From Adineta vaga (lineage: Eukaryota; Animalia; Rotifera), in contig CP075495.1 in the NCBI GenBank assembly GCA_021613535.1, positions 7,812,001 through 7,876,000 on the forward strand: a stretch of 64,000 nucleotides of DNA, read 5' to 3'. Under the pieces are notes generated by a model, which worked only from the letters and a program-made list of their open reading frames with translations, made no database searches and was not told the origin of the DNA. The position numbers and the translations under genes were made by a program. Below are positions 25,899-39,543 of this stretch, in pieces (the first letter of the stretch is position 1; the number at the start of each line of letters is the position of its first letter).

Positions 25899-27367
25899 CT
25901 GTTTATTCAACAATTTTCGGTATTTCAATATTTACAATAATTATAAAAGCATATTTATTCGCTTATCCATCTATATACATTCGAAGAAGCTCAATAATAA
26001 ATCTGTCAATATTCGACTATTTTTAAAACTATATTAATTTTGAATATATCATTGATTAATTCGCAAATAATCAGATAAAAATAAATTCAAACATATATAT
26101 CGCTTCAAGTTACATGTTATGTTGCTTCTAAAACAGTATTACAAATATCAATAACGATATTGGTGATGAACTTTCATCGACAAGTATGATGATGTTTTTT
26201 CTCTGGATTAGATTTTATTTCGACAGATTTTTCCTTATTTTTGTTCTTTAGAATCAGGCTAAAATAAAACCAATATTTTGTTTGACTTTATTATGGTGAT
26301 TTGTGTCAAGTATGATCAATGAGTGTAACAACAAAAATTAATAATGTCTCAGAAAGTTTTACACATCACTTTAAATTTTACGATTTGACTAAAATTATCG
26401 GCAAATAATAATCATATTAAGTTTATATTTAAAATTGAATCGATCAAAATTAACGGAGATGCTCAATAGTTCCTAATTCGATCAACTTCCAATCATTGTC
26501 ATATTTTCTTTTTTGCACGATGCATAGGTATTATTAACGATGATAGTAGGAAATCATTTATTGATCTTCATCATGGTGCTGCTAGTGATCTTTTCAATAA
26601 TGTACATAAATGCTTTTGACGATCAGCTTTGTTTTTTTAACATCGATGGAATCATATCAAATATGTATTGATTATTCTATAATTGGACAACTGAAATATG
26701 AAAAACAAACATGTAAATATGTACATATATGATGTGCTGATTTCTCATGTCTACAAAACAGTATTTTAAGGAGAAACTATCTGAATTTATTTTATTGGAA
26801 TTTATTGAGACTTACCAGTTTTATCTATATTTCTGGGCATCCTCATCGTTGTTTCTACCTCTACCTTCACCAAGTTATCGCTCTCATCGACTTTTATTGT
26901 TCAATCAGCTAGACTAATCGAATGGATCTATTTGCTGTTAAGTTTTCAAAACGTTAATGAAACTAACTATGCTTTATTATCAGAAGATTTATTGGAAACA
27001 CAATGATATACTCGTCATATATTGCTAATTGCTGTTGATATCATTTCATGAAGTAAGACATATAAAAAATCAAATAATATCTTGACTGTTTTCTATTACC
27101 GTTCTTATCTATCATTCTCTATCAATTACAGTCTTCTGGCATGAAATTGAATTTATATTTAAATAGGTGCTACTTATACTGGCAACATTAGGTGACAAGC
27201 CTCGGGTGACACTCCTATTTATCATCTAACGTCTTCATATACTCATGAGAGAAATCTGAACGCACAGTGGAAATCTATTGTGTTAAGTTTTCTTGTTTTT
27301 TGGCAAATCTGTTGATTTTTCAATCTAATTCATCATCTTTTTCAAAGACAAATTTTTATTATCAATC

Positions 27368-29254
27368 TTATTTTCTTGACATTCTCATTATATTATTACG
27401 AATAATAGTCAAAGATCGATGATTTGACGGAAGAGTTTTTTCTAAAATTTCTAATGATTCTTGATAACATGAACGTGCAGAAGATTTATCACCAATTGAA
27501 TCATAAATATCACCAATATTATTATACAATGTTCCTATTGATGGATGACCTGGTGGAAGTTTATCAAGAAAAATATTCAATGCATTTTGAGAATTTTTTA
27601 ATGCGTCTGTATATTGATATTGATCCATAAGAACAGATGCAATGTTATTATAATCAGTAGCAATTTCTAATGGATCAGGTTGAAGAGCATGAAGATCAAT
27701 TTCAAGTGCTCGTTGAAAATTTTGTAATGCTCCATTCAAATCACGTTGTTCGAGAAGGACAGCTCCAATATTTGAGTATGTTCCTGAAAGTGCTGGATCA
27801 GTCGATGATAAATATTTTGATTTCAATTCTAATGATTTTTTATAATATATCAATGCTTCAGAAAAATTTCCTTGTTGTTTTTTAACATATCCAAGTTGAT
27901 GATAAAGAGGAGCAAGTTCTTGAAGTTTCTTTTTATCTGTATTTTTCAATAATGTACTATAAATTTCTTCGGCTTTGTCGAAATTATCCATTTTTGTCAT
28001 TAAATGACCTAAACAATGCCAATCAGTGCCACCAGTGATTTCCGTTCTCATACGTTCGGTTATTTGTACTAAATGTTCGTCATTATCGCTAGTTAATTCC
28101 AACTGAACTTTCCATAAACGTTCTTCCAATTGTTGACATTGTCGAATTCGAAATATTGTATGCATAGAAAAGAGAATTTCTTTTTCACTATCAGCAAAAT
28201 AACTAAGATTATCCAATGGTGCATATGGTGTTGTAGAAATCGATGGATTAATATGCATTTCAAATAAAATCGCTGTTAAATCAGGATTATTCAGTGCACA
28301 TCGAGCAAAACCTAAGGATACATCACGTGTAACACTTGTTGATAGAAAATTATTGAATGATAAGAGACCACCTTGATTCGATTTCATTTTTTCAAAATCT
28401 TCATTTAACATTCCTTGACCACGATAGACTATTAATGATATTGATTTATCAAGTTCAGAATATAATTGTTGAAGTTGTTGATGAAGATCTCGAACAAAGA
28501 AACCCATTTTAATAATTATTTCAATATCTTGTGTTCGTAATGCTTTATTTAACATTGTATAAGTAAAACATTCACGTGTATACCACCAAATTGGTGATGG
28601 ACGATCATAATCAAGTTCGAATTCATTGATAGTTTTCAATTCATATTTATTTCCAGAATATTGTTCACGACAAAATGCAACTAAATCTTGTTTAGCTCGA
28701 TCATCGAATGGTAATCGAAGTAAGATATCTTTCAACAATTGAGAATACATAAATGATTGATCAAGTTCATTTGATTTTGTTGAAACAATACTAACTGCTG
28801 TTAAATCTTCATCACGCCGACGAATATCTTTTTGAAGTTTTTTACAAATAGGTTCAATTTCATTGAAGATTCCTTGAATTTTCTTATATTCTTTAATCCA
28901 TGTCGTATGTTTAGATGGATTATTACAAAAAATATAGACAGAATCAAGTTGAGTCATATCATTAATCATCGGTAAAATATGTTGACCGATTGAACCAGAA
29001 ACAATCATGAAGATCTTTTCAGTTTTTATTTGATTTAAATAATTCAGACAAGTTTCGATCTCAGTAAATGTTTTAATTGCATTCGCAATACGCTGCAGTT
29101 GATGAATCGAGTTTTGTGTATGTTTATTGGATTCACTGATATTTGTATCTAACCAAATAATAATAAAATTTTCTACAATACGTAAACGGGATACTGCTGG
29201 TTTAACACGCGCTTGATTCACTGTAGAAGTAATGTTTGAACAGGTACTACCCAT
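27368..29254 (-). CDS. ADP-ribosyltransferase (R-S-E type) + TPR-repeat protein with receiver-like N-terminal domain; intronless CDS
   Basis: WWYT...LNKALR, VYRGQ (R), NNFLSTS (S) and SEKEILF (ExE), followed by kinesin-light-chain-like TPRs (YHQLG, YSNIG, YNNIA, YNNIG). N-terminus MGSTCS. Confidence 0.88.
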   Translation of the reverse strand: MGSTCSNITSTVNQARVKPAVSRLRIVENFIIIWLDTNISESNKHTQNSIHQLQRIANAIKTFTEIETCLNYLNQIKTEKIFMIVSGSIGQHILPMINDMTQLDSVYIFCNNPSKHTTWIKEYKKIQGIFNEIEPICKKLQKDIRRRDEDLTAVSIVSTKSNELDQSFMYSQLLKDILLRLPFDDRAKQDLVAFCREQYSGNKYELKTINEFELDYDRPSPIWWYTRECFTYTMLNKALRTQDIEIIIKMGFFVRDLHQQLQQLYSELDKSISLIVYRGQGMLNEDFEKMKSNQGGLLSFNNFLSTSVTRDVSLGFARCALNNPDLTAILFEMHINPSISTTPYAPLDNLSYFADSEKEILFSMHTIFRIRQCQQLEERLWKVQLELTSDNDEHLVQITERMRTEITGGTDWHCLGHLMTKMDNFDKAEEIYSTLLKNTDKKKLQELAPLYHQLGYVKKQQGNFSEALIYYKKSLELKSKYLSSTDPALSGTYSNIGAVLLEQRDLNGALQNFQRALEIDLHALQPDPLEIATDYNNIASVLMDQYQYTDALKNSQNALNIFLDKLPPGHPSIGTLYNNIGDIYDSIGDKSSARSCYQESLEILEKTLPSNHRSLTIIRNNIMRMSRK

Positions 29255-30150
29255 GTGAGAGCGGGTTCTATATAAGAAGGGAAAAAATTAGAAAGTGAAA
29301 TAGAAAATAACTATATTACTTAGATAGTTTCTTCATTTTGTAAAAGTGTTCTATTTCAATTGAGAAATTATTTTTGTAAAGGAGTTTTTCTTTTCTTTTC
29401 TTTTCTCTTCCTGTTGTGTTTGTCTTCGTGTGAATTGGTGCAATCTATTTATAAGTGAATGTTTCGATGGAAATGTTTGTTCTTTTCTTCAAATAGAGTG
29501 CGGTTTTAAAACAAATAGAACAGATATTCATGATTCCTTGAGTAATTTCACAACAAATCAAATAGGTAATCTACTATTAGATTTAAAGGTAGATCAAACA
29601 GATGAAGTGCAATATTGAAAACTATTATATGATGTTCACTAAACCACAATGAAGTGCTCGACAAAAGTAATTCTATTCGTTAAAACTATTTATTTTGAAA
29701 ATTGTTTTCTCTATTTAGAAACTACTTACATTAATTAGTTGTTGTGGAGATCGAAGAGTAGATTGTGTTGTTTTTCATTAATAAAACTGTCATTTAATTG
29801 GTGTGATCAGATAAATTGTAAATAAAAAATAAAAAATAAGGAAGTCATTCGATATCGTCACTTTAATGTCTAGACATGTGAGCTGTAAAAAAATATCAGG
29901 TTTAATGATTAACATATGCGAAACAAATGTATAGTTGGAAAATACCAAAATATTTGCGTATAGGAAGTACGTAAAAACGTCACTAGGTGCAAAACATCTC
30001 ATGTTTATGAATTGACTCTTATTTAGAAATAAAGTCATGATTGTTATCTAATCCATACTGAAAACCATCCATTTTTAAAAGGAAATAATCATTTATTAAC
30101 TGAAATCACATAAAATAAACTAATAATCTCATCATATGTCAAATAAAATT

Positions 30151-31458
30151 TTACATCTTATGAAAATTAACTCCATTTCTAGTTGATATCGCTAAAAGAT
30201 TCGATCCAAATTGACAACATCGATATGGTATTTCATCATAGACACATGTCGATTTCATCTGTCCATCTTTTGTAATATAAAGAAGTTGTGATGATTTCCA
30301 ATCGATGACAATCCATTCATCACAATTAAATAAACATAAACGATACGGATTATGGAGAGGATCAACAAAATCAAATCGAACTGTCCAGAGTTGTTCGAAT
30401 GTTTCCATCGATCGAAGTTCCATACGTTTCGTACAATCGACTTGATTTTCAATAATAAAACCAAAAGTTCCTCGATGAAAAATAATGTCCTGAATAGTCT
30501 CATTTGCTTGACAGAGATCTGCCGGTTGCCATCGATTAATTATTTCAATAGTTGGTCGTAAACTAAATTCATATACAGACGATGCTATTTCATTAGTTGT
30601 TATATATAGAGCTGTTTCTGAACATGTACATGCACTCAAAAAAAGATTTTCTTTTGTTATTACACGTTCGACTAACATATTCGTTTCATCTAATATAAAT
30701 ATGTCATTGAGAGTTATGATAATGAAACGAGATAGAGTCGATGACCAACACATATCCCAAATCCAACCATGAGGCCAAAATGTACATTGTGTAATGATCA
30801 TCTCTTTATTCAATAAACATATTCGATTATCATGATGAATTAGTACGACTCTATTATTAGTTGCCATAGCTTTTGCACTTTCTGTAGTACGATTGATTGT
30901 ATGTAATGGTGGTCCTAATGTAGATAGATCAAAATCAACTTTCTTACATTCTTCTTCTATTTGAATTAATTTTTCATCAATTTCTATAGGATTTACAATA
31001 AGTTTGAAAGATTTTTGATCTAAATCAGTTATTTCTTTTCTAAGAGAATGAATAGTTGATGAAATTGATTGAAGATCTTGGATAGTTGTATTTTGTTTTT
31101 GAGCAAGTTCATTCAATAGTATTCTTAATTGATTGATTTGCTCAAATTGTCGATGAAGTTTTCTGCTCATATATTCTTCAAGTTCTCGTTGTTTTCTGTC
31201 GAAATATTCTTCGACAAGTTGATGAAAATATTCACGCCAATATTTTAATTGTTTATAATCATTTTCAACTATCATATTAACATTTATATGATTTAATTGA
31301 TCATTAAGTAGATTAATTTCATCAGCAAATGGATTCAATTGATTGTTTAATATATCATCATGTTCATTTAAATGATCGCGACACAAGTTTTGATTACAAC
31401 AATGACATAAAGCTCTCGAAATACGTCCGCAATTTGGAATATCACATGGATGAGACAT
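30151..31458 (-). CDS. B-box-like Zn finger + coiled coil + beta-propeller protein (TRIM-NHL-like), intronless CDS
   Basis: CxxxxC...CHCCNQNLCRDHLNEH, a long heptad-rich segment, then beta-strand repeats (IWDMCWSSTLSRFIII, IQDIIF, WIVID). Confidence 0.75.
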   Translation of the reverse strand: MSHPCDIPNCGRISRALCHCCNQNLCRDHLNEHDDILNNQLNPFADEINLLNDQLNHINVNMIVENDYKQLKYWREYFHQLVEEYFDRKQRELEEYMSRKLHRQFEQINQLRILLNELAQKQNTTIQDLQSISSTIHSLRKEITDLDQKSFKLIVNPIEIDEKLIQIEEECKKVDFDLSTLGPPLHTINRTTESAKAMATNNRVVLIHHDNRICLLNKEMIITQCTFWPHGWIWDMCWSSTLSRFIIITLNDIFILDETNMLVERVITKENLFLSACTCSETALYITTNEIASSVYEFSLRPTIEIINRWQPADLCQANETIQDIIFHRGTFGFIIENQVDCTKRMELRSMETFEQLWTVRFDFVDPLHNPYRLCLFNCDEWIVIDWKSSQLLYITKDGQMKSTCVYDEIPYRCCQFGSNLLAISTRNGVNFHKM

Positions 31459-32917
31459 CTATAAAAGAAAATTTCATTGGTTAACATCGTTAAAATGACG
31501 TAAGAAGAATTGCAACTGACTATGACTACCAAAAAGTCTGGTACATATATAAATGAGATGATAAATGTTAGTCATAATAGTGGAATTCTCCAAATAGTTT
31601 TTTTTCACACATTTCGAAGGAAAGAATAAAAATTCACGTGTTTAACTGATGATTGTACAAATTCTTCAGTATTATAAAGAGTAAATAGGAAAAAACACGC
31701 AATTACTACGTTTGGTATTGGTATATTTCCCTTCATTTTTCGGAAGCACATGTGACACGTTCTAATATCCATAATAATTTGGAAAATATCAAGTACATTA
31801 CTATTTGAATATCCCTTATTCATACAAGTTGATTAAACTAGTAGAGAGCCTTATTCGTAAAAGACATGAGATTATTGTATGTCAATGGCAGTGGAATACG
31901 ATTATGTGCGATAACAATTCATAAGCAGAATATTTATTTTTGAAATAAAAGTATCAAGTACCTTAGTATTTTTAAAAGAATTTGTTGGATCAAATGGAAG
32001 ATTGTGTTTTGTATTTAACCAAGCCATGCCGTTTTATGAAAAATATTTATTATAGACGAAATTAATACGACTTACACCCACGTCTTTTCGATCTTTCTTC
32101 GAAATATTTCCAAGTTTTTGCGTTGTTATGGGTTGTATTGAAACTAGATCAACACGATATTTGGCTTTTTCCAAGCAAAAAGGAAAAATTCAAAACAACA
32201 GATTTTTGTTGTTCTTCATAAGTAAAAACAATGTAAAAATAGTGTTTAGACATTCTCTTTTCGTCACAACACGAATATTACTTTAAAACATGTCTTATCA
32301 ATTGAAACAAATGTGCATTATTCTGAAGAGTTTGAATATATAATTTCGGAAGATCATTACTCCTCGTTGTAGTTTTAATGAAATCTTATATTTTCTTCCA
32401 AAAACCAAAATATCTTCATTATGAAAAAGTATCTATATTGATTCAAAAAGTAGTTTATGCTAAGTGTTATTAGCTATAAGCTAAAACCTTGGGAAAGAGG
32501 GTGGATAATAAACTAATGATTGTTACTGCTAAAATCCTTCTGCCTTATTTGACATCTCTAATTAATCTTGAACATCCTGAACAGAAAAAAATCTATTCAT
32601 ACTAGTTTAATCATATTGAATGTCCTATAAGATTATTATCTTGATAAAATCTTTTCTAATGGATTTTTTTGTTAAATTTTCTCATTTCGCTCTATTGTGG
32701 ACTAGTGACATCATATCTATGCAAATGATTGCATAAGAACATAAACGTATAGCAATACTCACCGAACTGAAGGAAGAAAAAAAGAAAACAAATAACAGCT
32801 GAGTTAAAGAACTTATCACAAATCAAACAGTTAATTCAAAACAATTTTTCATCTAACCGGAAAGTCTTTATCTCGAACGATTTCATTTATCCTGATATCA
32901 AACTGTTTTTCATCGCC

Positions 32918-33821
32918 ATGCTGATGGCATCACCAACAACGTTTAATAATACAACAAATATCACCAATGGTAATGATTCAAAGAATCTCTCAATAACCGA
33001 ATATTCCGTAGAAGAAATTGGTAAAATCTTTTTCTTTTTTTTCCCATATAATTATTTTCTTTTGAATGAAAATTTATTTAGAACGTATAATCAATGATTT
33101 TTACTCCCCAACATCACAATTAACTGTTCCACAACGTCAACAATTAAATAATATTCTCGAATGTTTACAATATTCTCCATTAGCATGGGATTTTTCTTGG
33201 AAATTATTAACGACAAATAAATCTCCAAGTGTTCAATTTTTTGGTGCTGTTGCTCTTTGTAATAAAATATCCAAACATCTGTAAGATAAATTTCTTCAAA
33301 AGAAAACATATTTATCGATTTGTTTTTTTCTTCTTCTTCTATTTAGATCAGAATTAGATGATAATCAAATTCAACAATTATTTCAACAACTTATTCAACG
33401 TTTAGTATTTTATATATCAATTAATTCCAAACAAATAACTATTAAATTAGTTGTTGCTGTAAATATTTATTGATTTCGAACAAAGATTTTCTTATCAATT
33501 ACATCTATTTATTTAGTTAGGACATTTGATATTAAATATGATGCCAGATAAATGGAAGAATGGAATAACAGCAATTATTACATTATTTACTCAATCAGAC
33601 AATGAATTTTTAGTTAAACATGTTGGTTAATGAAACTTTTTTTTGTTTTCTATTAAAAAATTATTTTTCATCTTTTTCTTTCTAGCCTGAAAAAGCACAT
33701 TTAATTGTTTTAAATATTTTAACTATTCTTCCTGAAGAAGTAAGTTTTCAATCAATGAAAGATCGAACATCTGTTTCTTTCATTTCGGTGCATTTTGATT
33801 TTTTTCTTCTCTTTGCACTCG

Positions 33822-33863
<42 letters not shown>

Positions 33864-36800
33864 ATTCCGTTCTCGTCGTCTATGATGTACTGGATCGAAT
33901 CGAGGCTAACACTGATGTCAAAATAATATCTGAAAGATCATGATATAGACTAGTCAATAAATAAAACTTTATTCTTTATTTCAGTTCTCGCGTATTGTTG
34001 TATCTAAAACTCAACGTGCATTGATTCGAGTTGAACTAGAAGGTCAATTCCCTACTGGTAATATTCACTGAAAAAATTTACTTCGTTCTCCGCTCACTAT
34101 TGAATAAATCTAGTGCTTAACTATATTCAATTTATCATTGCAACATACAATCAAGCGGATGTTCTTGGTAAAATGTTTTCATGTCTATCCAAATGGTTGG
34201 AATTTGGTATCTCAATTATTAAAGTTGATTCACTTTTTGATTATTTATTCAATTCATTAAATAATGAAAGTATCTTCGATGATGCTTCAGATTGTATCAT
34301 TGTACTTTTTACATCGCCTGATGCATTAAAGTAAATTTCTTTTGAGAATTCTTAATAGTTTATTTTATTCTTGAAATTTAGATATCCAACGGTATTTACA
34401 CGTTTGTTACCCTATGTCTTACAATTGGAAAACATACTTGATCAATCATTAATGATTGGTGATAAAGTAAAATTTCAAAGTCGAAACTATTTGATGAAAA
34501 TAATGTTTTTCTCCATTGTTATTAAGGAAAAAGCGGAATGTATAACAAAATTAATAACACAATTTGGTGAAAATCTTGCTCAACTTATTATTCAAATGGC
34601 TATTACACCTAATCAACAAATGCAAACACTTTCACATAGATTTTGTTGTCTTGTTATGGTATGTACTTTCCTTTTGACTAAATCATCAGATTTCAATTTA
34701 AAATAAAAAAATGAACATTCTTTTCAGAAATGTACGGACATGAAAGGACAATATCCTGTTGAAGAAACATGTTCTGAATTAACATTTAGTTTTTGGTATG
34801 CATTACAAGTATGTCAAGAAAAAGTATCTTTTTTTCTGAAAGAAATCATCTTCTATCACAGGAAGAAGTTACATCAACAGACGAAGATGATAAACAAGTG
34901 ATTCTACTGGAATTATTTCGGCCATATTTTGAACGTTTAATCGAAGTATTAATTTGTAAAGGACAATTACCAGAAAATGATAGTATGTTTACAAGTGAAG
35001 ATAAAGAAACATTTCGATGTTATCGAGTTGATATAACAGATACAATGGTAAAAAAAAGAGCAAACGATTTGCTTTTTTTCTATAAGAAGGTTAAAACATT
35101 TTGATTTTCTTTCTAGATGTGTATGCATAATGTTTTGGGCAATCGAGCTATTGAAGGTATATAATCTTTCTTTAATCAAAGAGTCGAATGAAACGTTATG
35201 TGTATATTTATATTTTGTTTTAGTATTAGCCAATCATTTATTATTAGCTGTTGAACAAAATCAAACTTGGCAGGTATAATTGCATGAATTTGATTGAATT
35301 GTATGAAAGATTTTGTAATTCTTATGACTAGCGACAAGAATCCATTATCCAATTGGTCGGTGCTGGTTCAGAATATGTTCCACTTGATGAAAATCAAGTT
35401 TTACCACGGATTTTTTTACTTTTACCTAAATTAAATTTTTGTAATAGTTCTATTATTAATGCAACTCTTATGGTGCTTGGTAAATCGAATTTTGATTTAT
35501 CATAATCTCATTGACAAACATCTGCTTTTTGTTTATTAGGACAATATAGTAGTTGGTTAGGTCATCATCAAGAAACTTTACAAAATTGTGTACATTTATG
35601 TATTAATGCTTTATCAAATCCTGAATTAATTCAATCAGCTTCCATTGCTTTAAAAGAATTAACAATGGAAAATCGTATACATATGTCAAAATATCTTAAT
35701 GATATTTTTCCGATAATTAAAGTACGCACAACTTTTACGGCAATAAATAGCTATTTTATTCTTTATAGAATGTTCTGGAGAATGTTCATGTACAACCAAA
35801 TGATCGTATTCGTTGTGTAGCAATAATTGGTTATATTCTGTCAGCATATCCATCAAAAATTGTCATTGATCATTTAAATATATTACTTGCACCGGAAGTG
35901 AATAAATTATTAGCATATTTATCCGAAACTGGTGCTGATCAGGTAGAATAAGAAGAGAATATGGAGGTTTCTTTTTCTCAAAATGTCATTGGATTAATGT
36001 TTTCTTCTAGAATGTTGTATTACGAAAACAAAATATTTGTACAACATTAAGTTTCATATCAGTTTTGATAACGGCTATTGGTTATTGTGGTGATCAAAGT
36101 GATAATGACGAAAATGATCAAGAACAAAAAGCAAATGAAGTTACTAGTGACATACCTGAAGTGGTAAGATATCGAATTTGACAAAAACAAAAAAAAAGAG
36201 GGAATAAGAATTACAAATAACGAAGTTCATATGTTTTTATGAACATTGTAAATCTGTTACTTGACGATCGGTTGAATTAATCGGATTACATCTGGTTAGA
36301 AGATTTTTTCTCTATCTATTCAACGTTTTTCTTAGCTGTGTTGTGTTCTACGTGATCTTGATCCAATTCTGCATATGGTTCTTAAACAATATGCTGACGA
36401 TAATGAAGTTACAGAAGTAAGAGAGAAAGATCTGTTCATTCCATATGAATTCATCAAATAATTTGATTTTAAAGAAATTATGTGAAATTCTCTCACGAAC
36501 AGTAACAACATTAAGAGAATCCAGTAGTCCAATCTTGAACATACTTTTACAATTACTTCAAAATATTGGACCCACTATATTACATTTACAATTTCTGAAT
36601 TTTGTTAGAAATGTAAGTTAGCTTATTCAATTAAATAAACATAATTGCACATATTCTATCTTCTACTCGTTTTCATAGACTTTACTTCTTTTCTCTCAAG
36701 ACACAGATAAACAAACATTTAATTTATTTCTTGCTGTTCTTCAAAGATTTGGATGTCTTTTCAATGGAGGTTTGATGAAACTGATTTATTTAATTCATCA

Positions 36801-37734
36801 GAATTTACGACTATCGATGTATTCTAGATATTCAATGGTTAAAAAATCATGTTGATATTGTCGGAGACTTTGCAAATTTTCTGATACAAGTAAAATAAGT
36901 ATTTTCCCTTCTCTTCAAATATTCATTTCTATTGCATATAGGTTATCAAAAAGCTACCACATGTTGTACATCACTGTCCCAATGAAGCGTTTATTTTACT
37001 TTTTCAATTTGGTATAGATCTTTTGTTTTTAGAAGAAGTTTATATGTATAGACGTATTTTTATAGTAAAAAGTGGTCTACAGCTACATGAACAAACAACG
37101 TTAAGGAGTATAATCATGTTTACGGTAATTCGATGACAAATTTTAAAAATTAACTTTTATTAACTTCGTGATTTGTTTTGTAGTCAAATTATATTGAATA
37201 CACAAAGTCAAACCAACGTGCTGCTGATCTTTTGCAACAGAATGGTCTTGAAATTGTTCAGATTCTTCTTAAGGTACTGACATACACTTCTTAATGTAAC
37301 ATCAGATCTTGAATGTAGAGCAGAATTCACCTATCATAAATTTTCATTTTAATAAAATCTCATCATCTACTTTATCTTTTAGTGTATCGGTGGTACAAGT
37401 CCACGTCATTTAGTTGATACATTATCATTACCATTATTTACTCTCTCAAAATTATATATTGATTGGACATCCAATTGGGTTCAACAATGTTTAAATGATC
37501 CAAATTTCCCTACACCATCACCTAAACGTCATCATCGTGAAGCATTAATCAAAGCGTTAACATCGTAGATATTTGTTTTCATTAGATCATTTGCTTAAAG
37601 AAATTTTCTATTTCAAATTTCATTTTAGTGAACGTACCAGTCGTGCAAATTTCAAAGATCATATCAATACATTCTCATCGGCATGTCGTGGAATAGATTA
37701 TACTGGAGCAATGTCGAATAAAAATCGTACATGA
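32918..37734 (+). CDS. IPO13: Importin-13
   Basis: LQYSPLAWDFSW.LL, VQFFGA, LTILPEE, GQYPVEETCSELTFSFWYALQ and FRPYFERLIEVL..KGQLP...EDKETFRCYRVDITDT match importin-13 rather than transportin-3. Many short introns. Confidence 0.85.
33825..33859. repeat. (AT)n microsatellite in an IPO13 intron
   Basis: About 17 AT dinucleotides are visible. Confidence 0.9.
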
Positions 37735-38066
37735 CAAACTGGAATTTCTTAAAACAAAAACAACTAAGCTATTTGGACATATATTCTTTCTATTACTTTC
37801 TCTTTCTCTTTTTTTTCCTTCTTTTGATTTGTTCATTTATTTATATAAGGATGATTAGTCGTCTTTCATTTTTCAACTAGCTGATAACACTGTTTCTCAT
37901 GTGTGTACAGTTCTTTTTTTTTGTAAAAGTGAAGATATTTTTTTTTCACTATCCTTCATATGTGTTTTCAAAAGATAAGAAACACACGTTGAAGAACTTT
38001 CGACTAAATAGTTTACTGCATTCTTTCTTTCTTTTTTTTAAAAAACTTTATGTGTATTTTGAGATC

Positions 38067-39296
38067 ATGTGTATTCTTTTCTGTTATTTACAAGACGAAA
38101 ACATTGATACAGGCTATGAATTGATTCTATTATCCAATCGAGATGAAGATTTTCAACGACCAGCTCTTCATGCTCATGTTTGGAAAGATACGAAATATGC
38201 TATTGGAGGTTGGAAATCTTACTTCTTTTGTTTGATATAATGTAGACGCATACTTTTCATGTAAAGGACAAGATCAGACACCAACACGTGAAGGTGGAAC
38301 TTGGTTATGTTTGAATACTGTTCAAAAAAAGATTGGTGTTTTATTAAATTTAACTTCACGTTTATTAGACGAGAAAAATCTAAATGCACAAAGTCGAGGC
38401 TATTTGGTAACAAATTTCGTCAATAATCCTGAAGTTCATCTTGATTCATATATGGATGAGTTACAAAAGTCTAAACTAAATTATACTGGATTTAATTTTC
38501 TTGGTCTCGAAAGACAAACGTATGGAAAGTGAGTCATGACGACTTCTTGTACTCCGATGACATCCATATTTTGTTCTATTGATAGAAAATGGCGTGCAAA
38601 ATATATCAATAATATTTCTCTTGAAACATTACCAGTTGAAATCGATACAAGTAAGTTATTGTCATCGATGAATTTTATTTCTAAGTCAATTCTTTGTGTA
38701 TATGCTAGCGATATTCGGTTTCAGTAATCATATTTATGGTGATCAATATGCATTTGAAAAAACGCGCCATGGTTGTCAATTATTAAAAACACATCTCGCA
38801 GAATTAACTGATAATTATACAAAGACAATTACTGATGAAAATGAATTAATTCGACGACTATTTTCTATACTAAGTGATAGTACAGTGTAAGTTTATTCTG
38901 ATGAAGAAAAATAAGTTATGTAAAATGTATGTGTGTATTTTTATTATTTAGATTTGTTGATGATTCCAATGTTGCTAGTGTATATTCTCATTATACAACA
39001 GCAAATCGAAATCAAATTTCATCCATTAATGTTCTTACGACAGATGAAGAACGAACGTATGGAACAAGGTTAGTGATCTTTTATGTAATTTATAAATCTA
39101 TATATGTTTCATATGCTTTTCTCTGTATAGAACATCGACGATAATTCTTGTTCGTCGTAATCAAACTGGTCTATATATTGAGAAAACACTTGGTGATCCA
39201 TTAGTTGATTCCTCAGTTTGGATAGAACATCAGTGGCATTTTGATTTGAATAATATAAATGAATCTCCCGTTCTAATAAATTCATCCGATAAATAA
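38067..39296 (+). CDS. TANGO2: TANGO2 / NRDE-family protein
   Basis: MCILF...LILLSNRDEDFQRP, G|QDQTPTREGGTWL, SRGYLVTNF, YTGFNFL, GFSN and YGTR|TSTIILV. Confidence 0.9.
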
Positions 39297-39543
39297 AGAG
39301 AAAGAATAATTACAAGGTTAAAAACAAAAGAAACAAGAAAGACTGCAATCTTCTTCTCTCTATGTAAAATAATTGATTATCTTCTTCTTCTTCTGTGAAT
39401 TGATAATACGACAGATACAGAGACACAGAGAAACAGAGAGAGAGAGAGAGACCGGGGAAGAAAAAAAGAAAGACAGTAGTACCATTCATTGTTGGTTTAT
39501 ATCTCAGCAAGGTTAGTTATCATATTCTTGGGAATTTGAGCTT

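Noticed and set aside
25822-26037. 71-aa ORF overlapping the MITE arm as a transposase fragment
   Set aside because: It starts inside the inverted repeat, runs into flanking DNA and shows no transposase motifs.
37735-39543. IPO13-TANGO2-downstream gene as a third operon
   Set aside because: The genes are co-oriented, but the spacers are longer (about 330 and 250 bp) and lack clear pyrimidine-tract acceptors before the ATGs.
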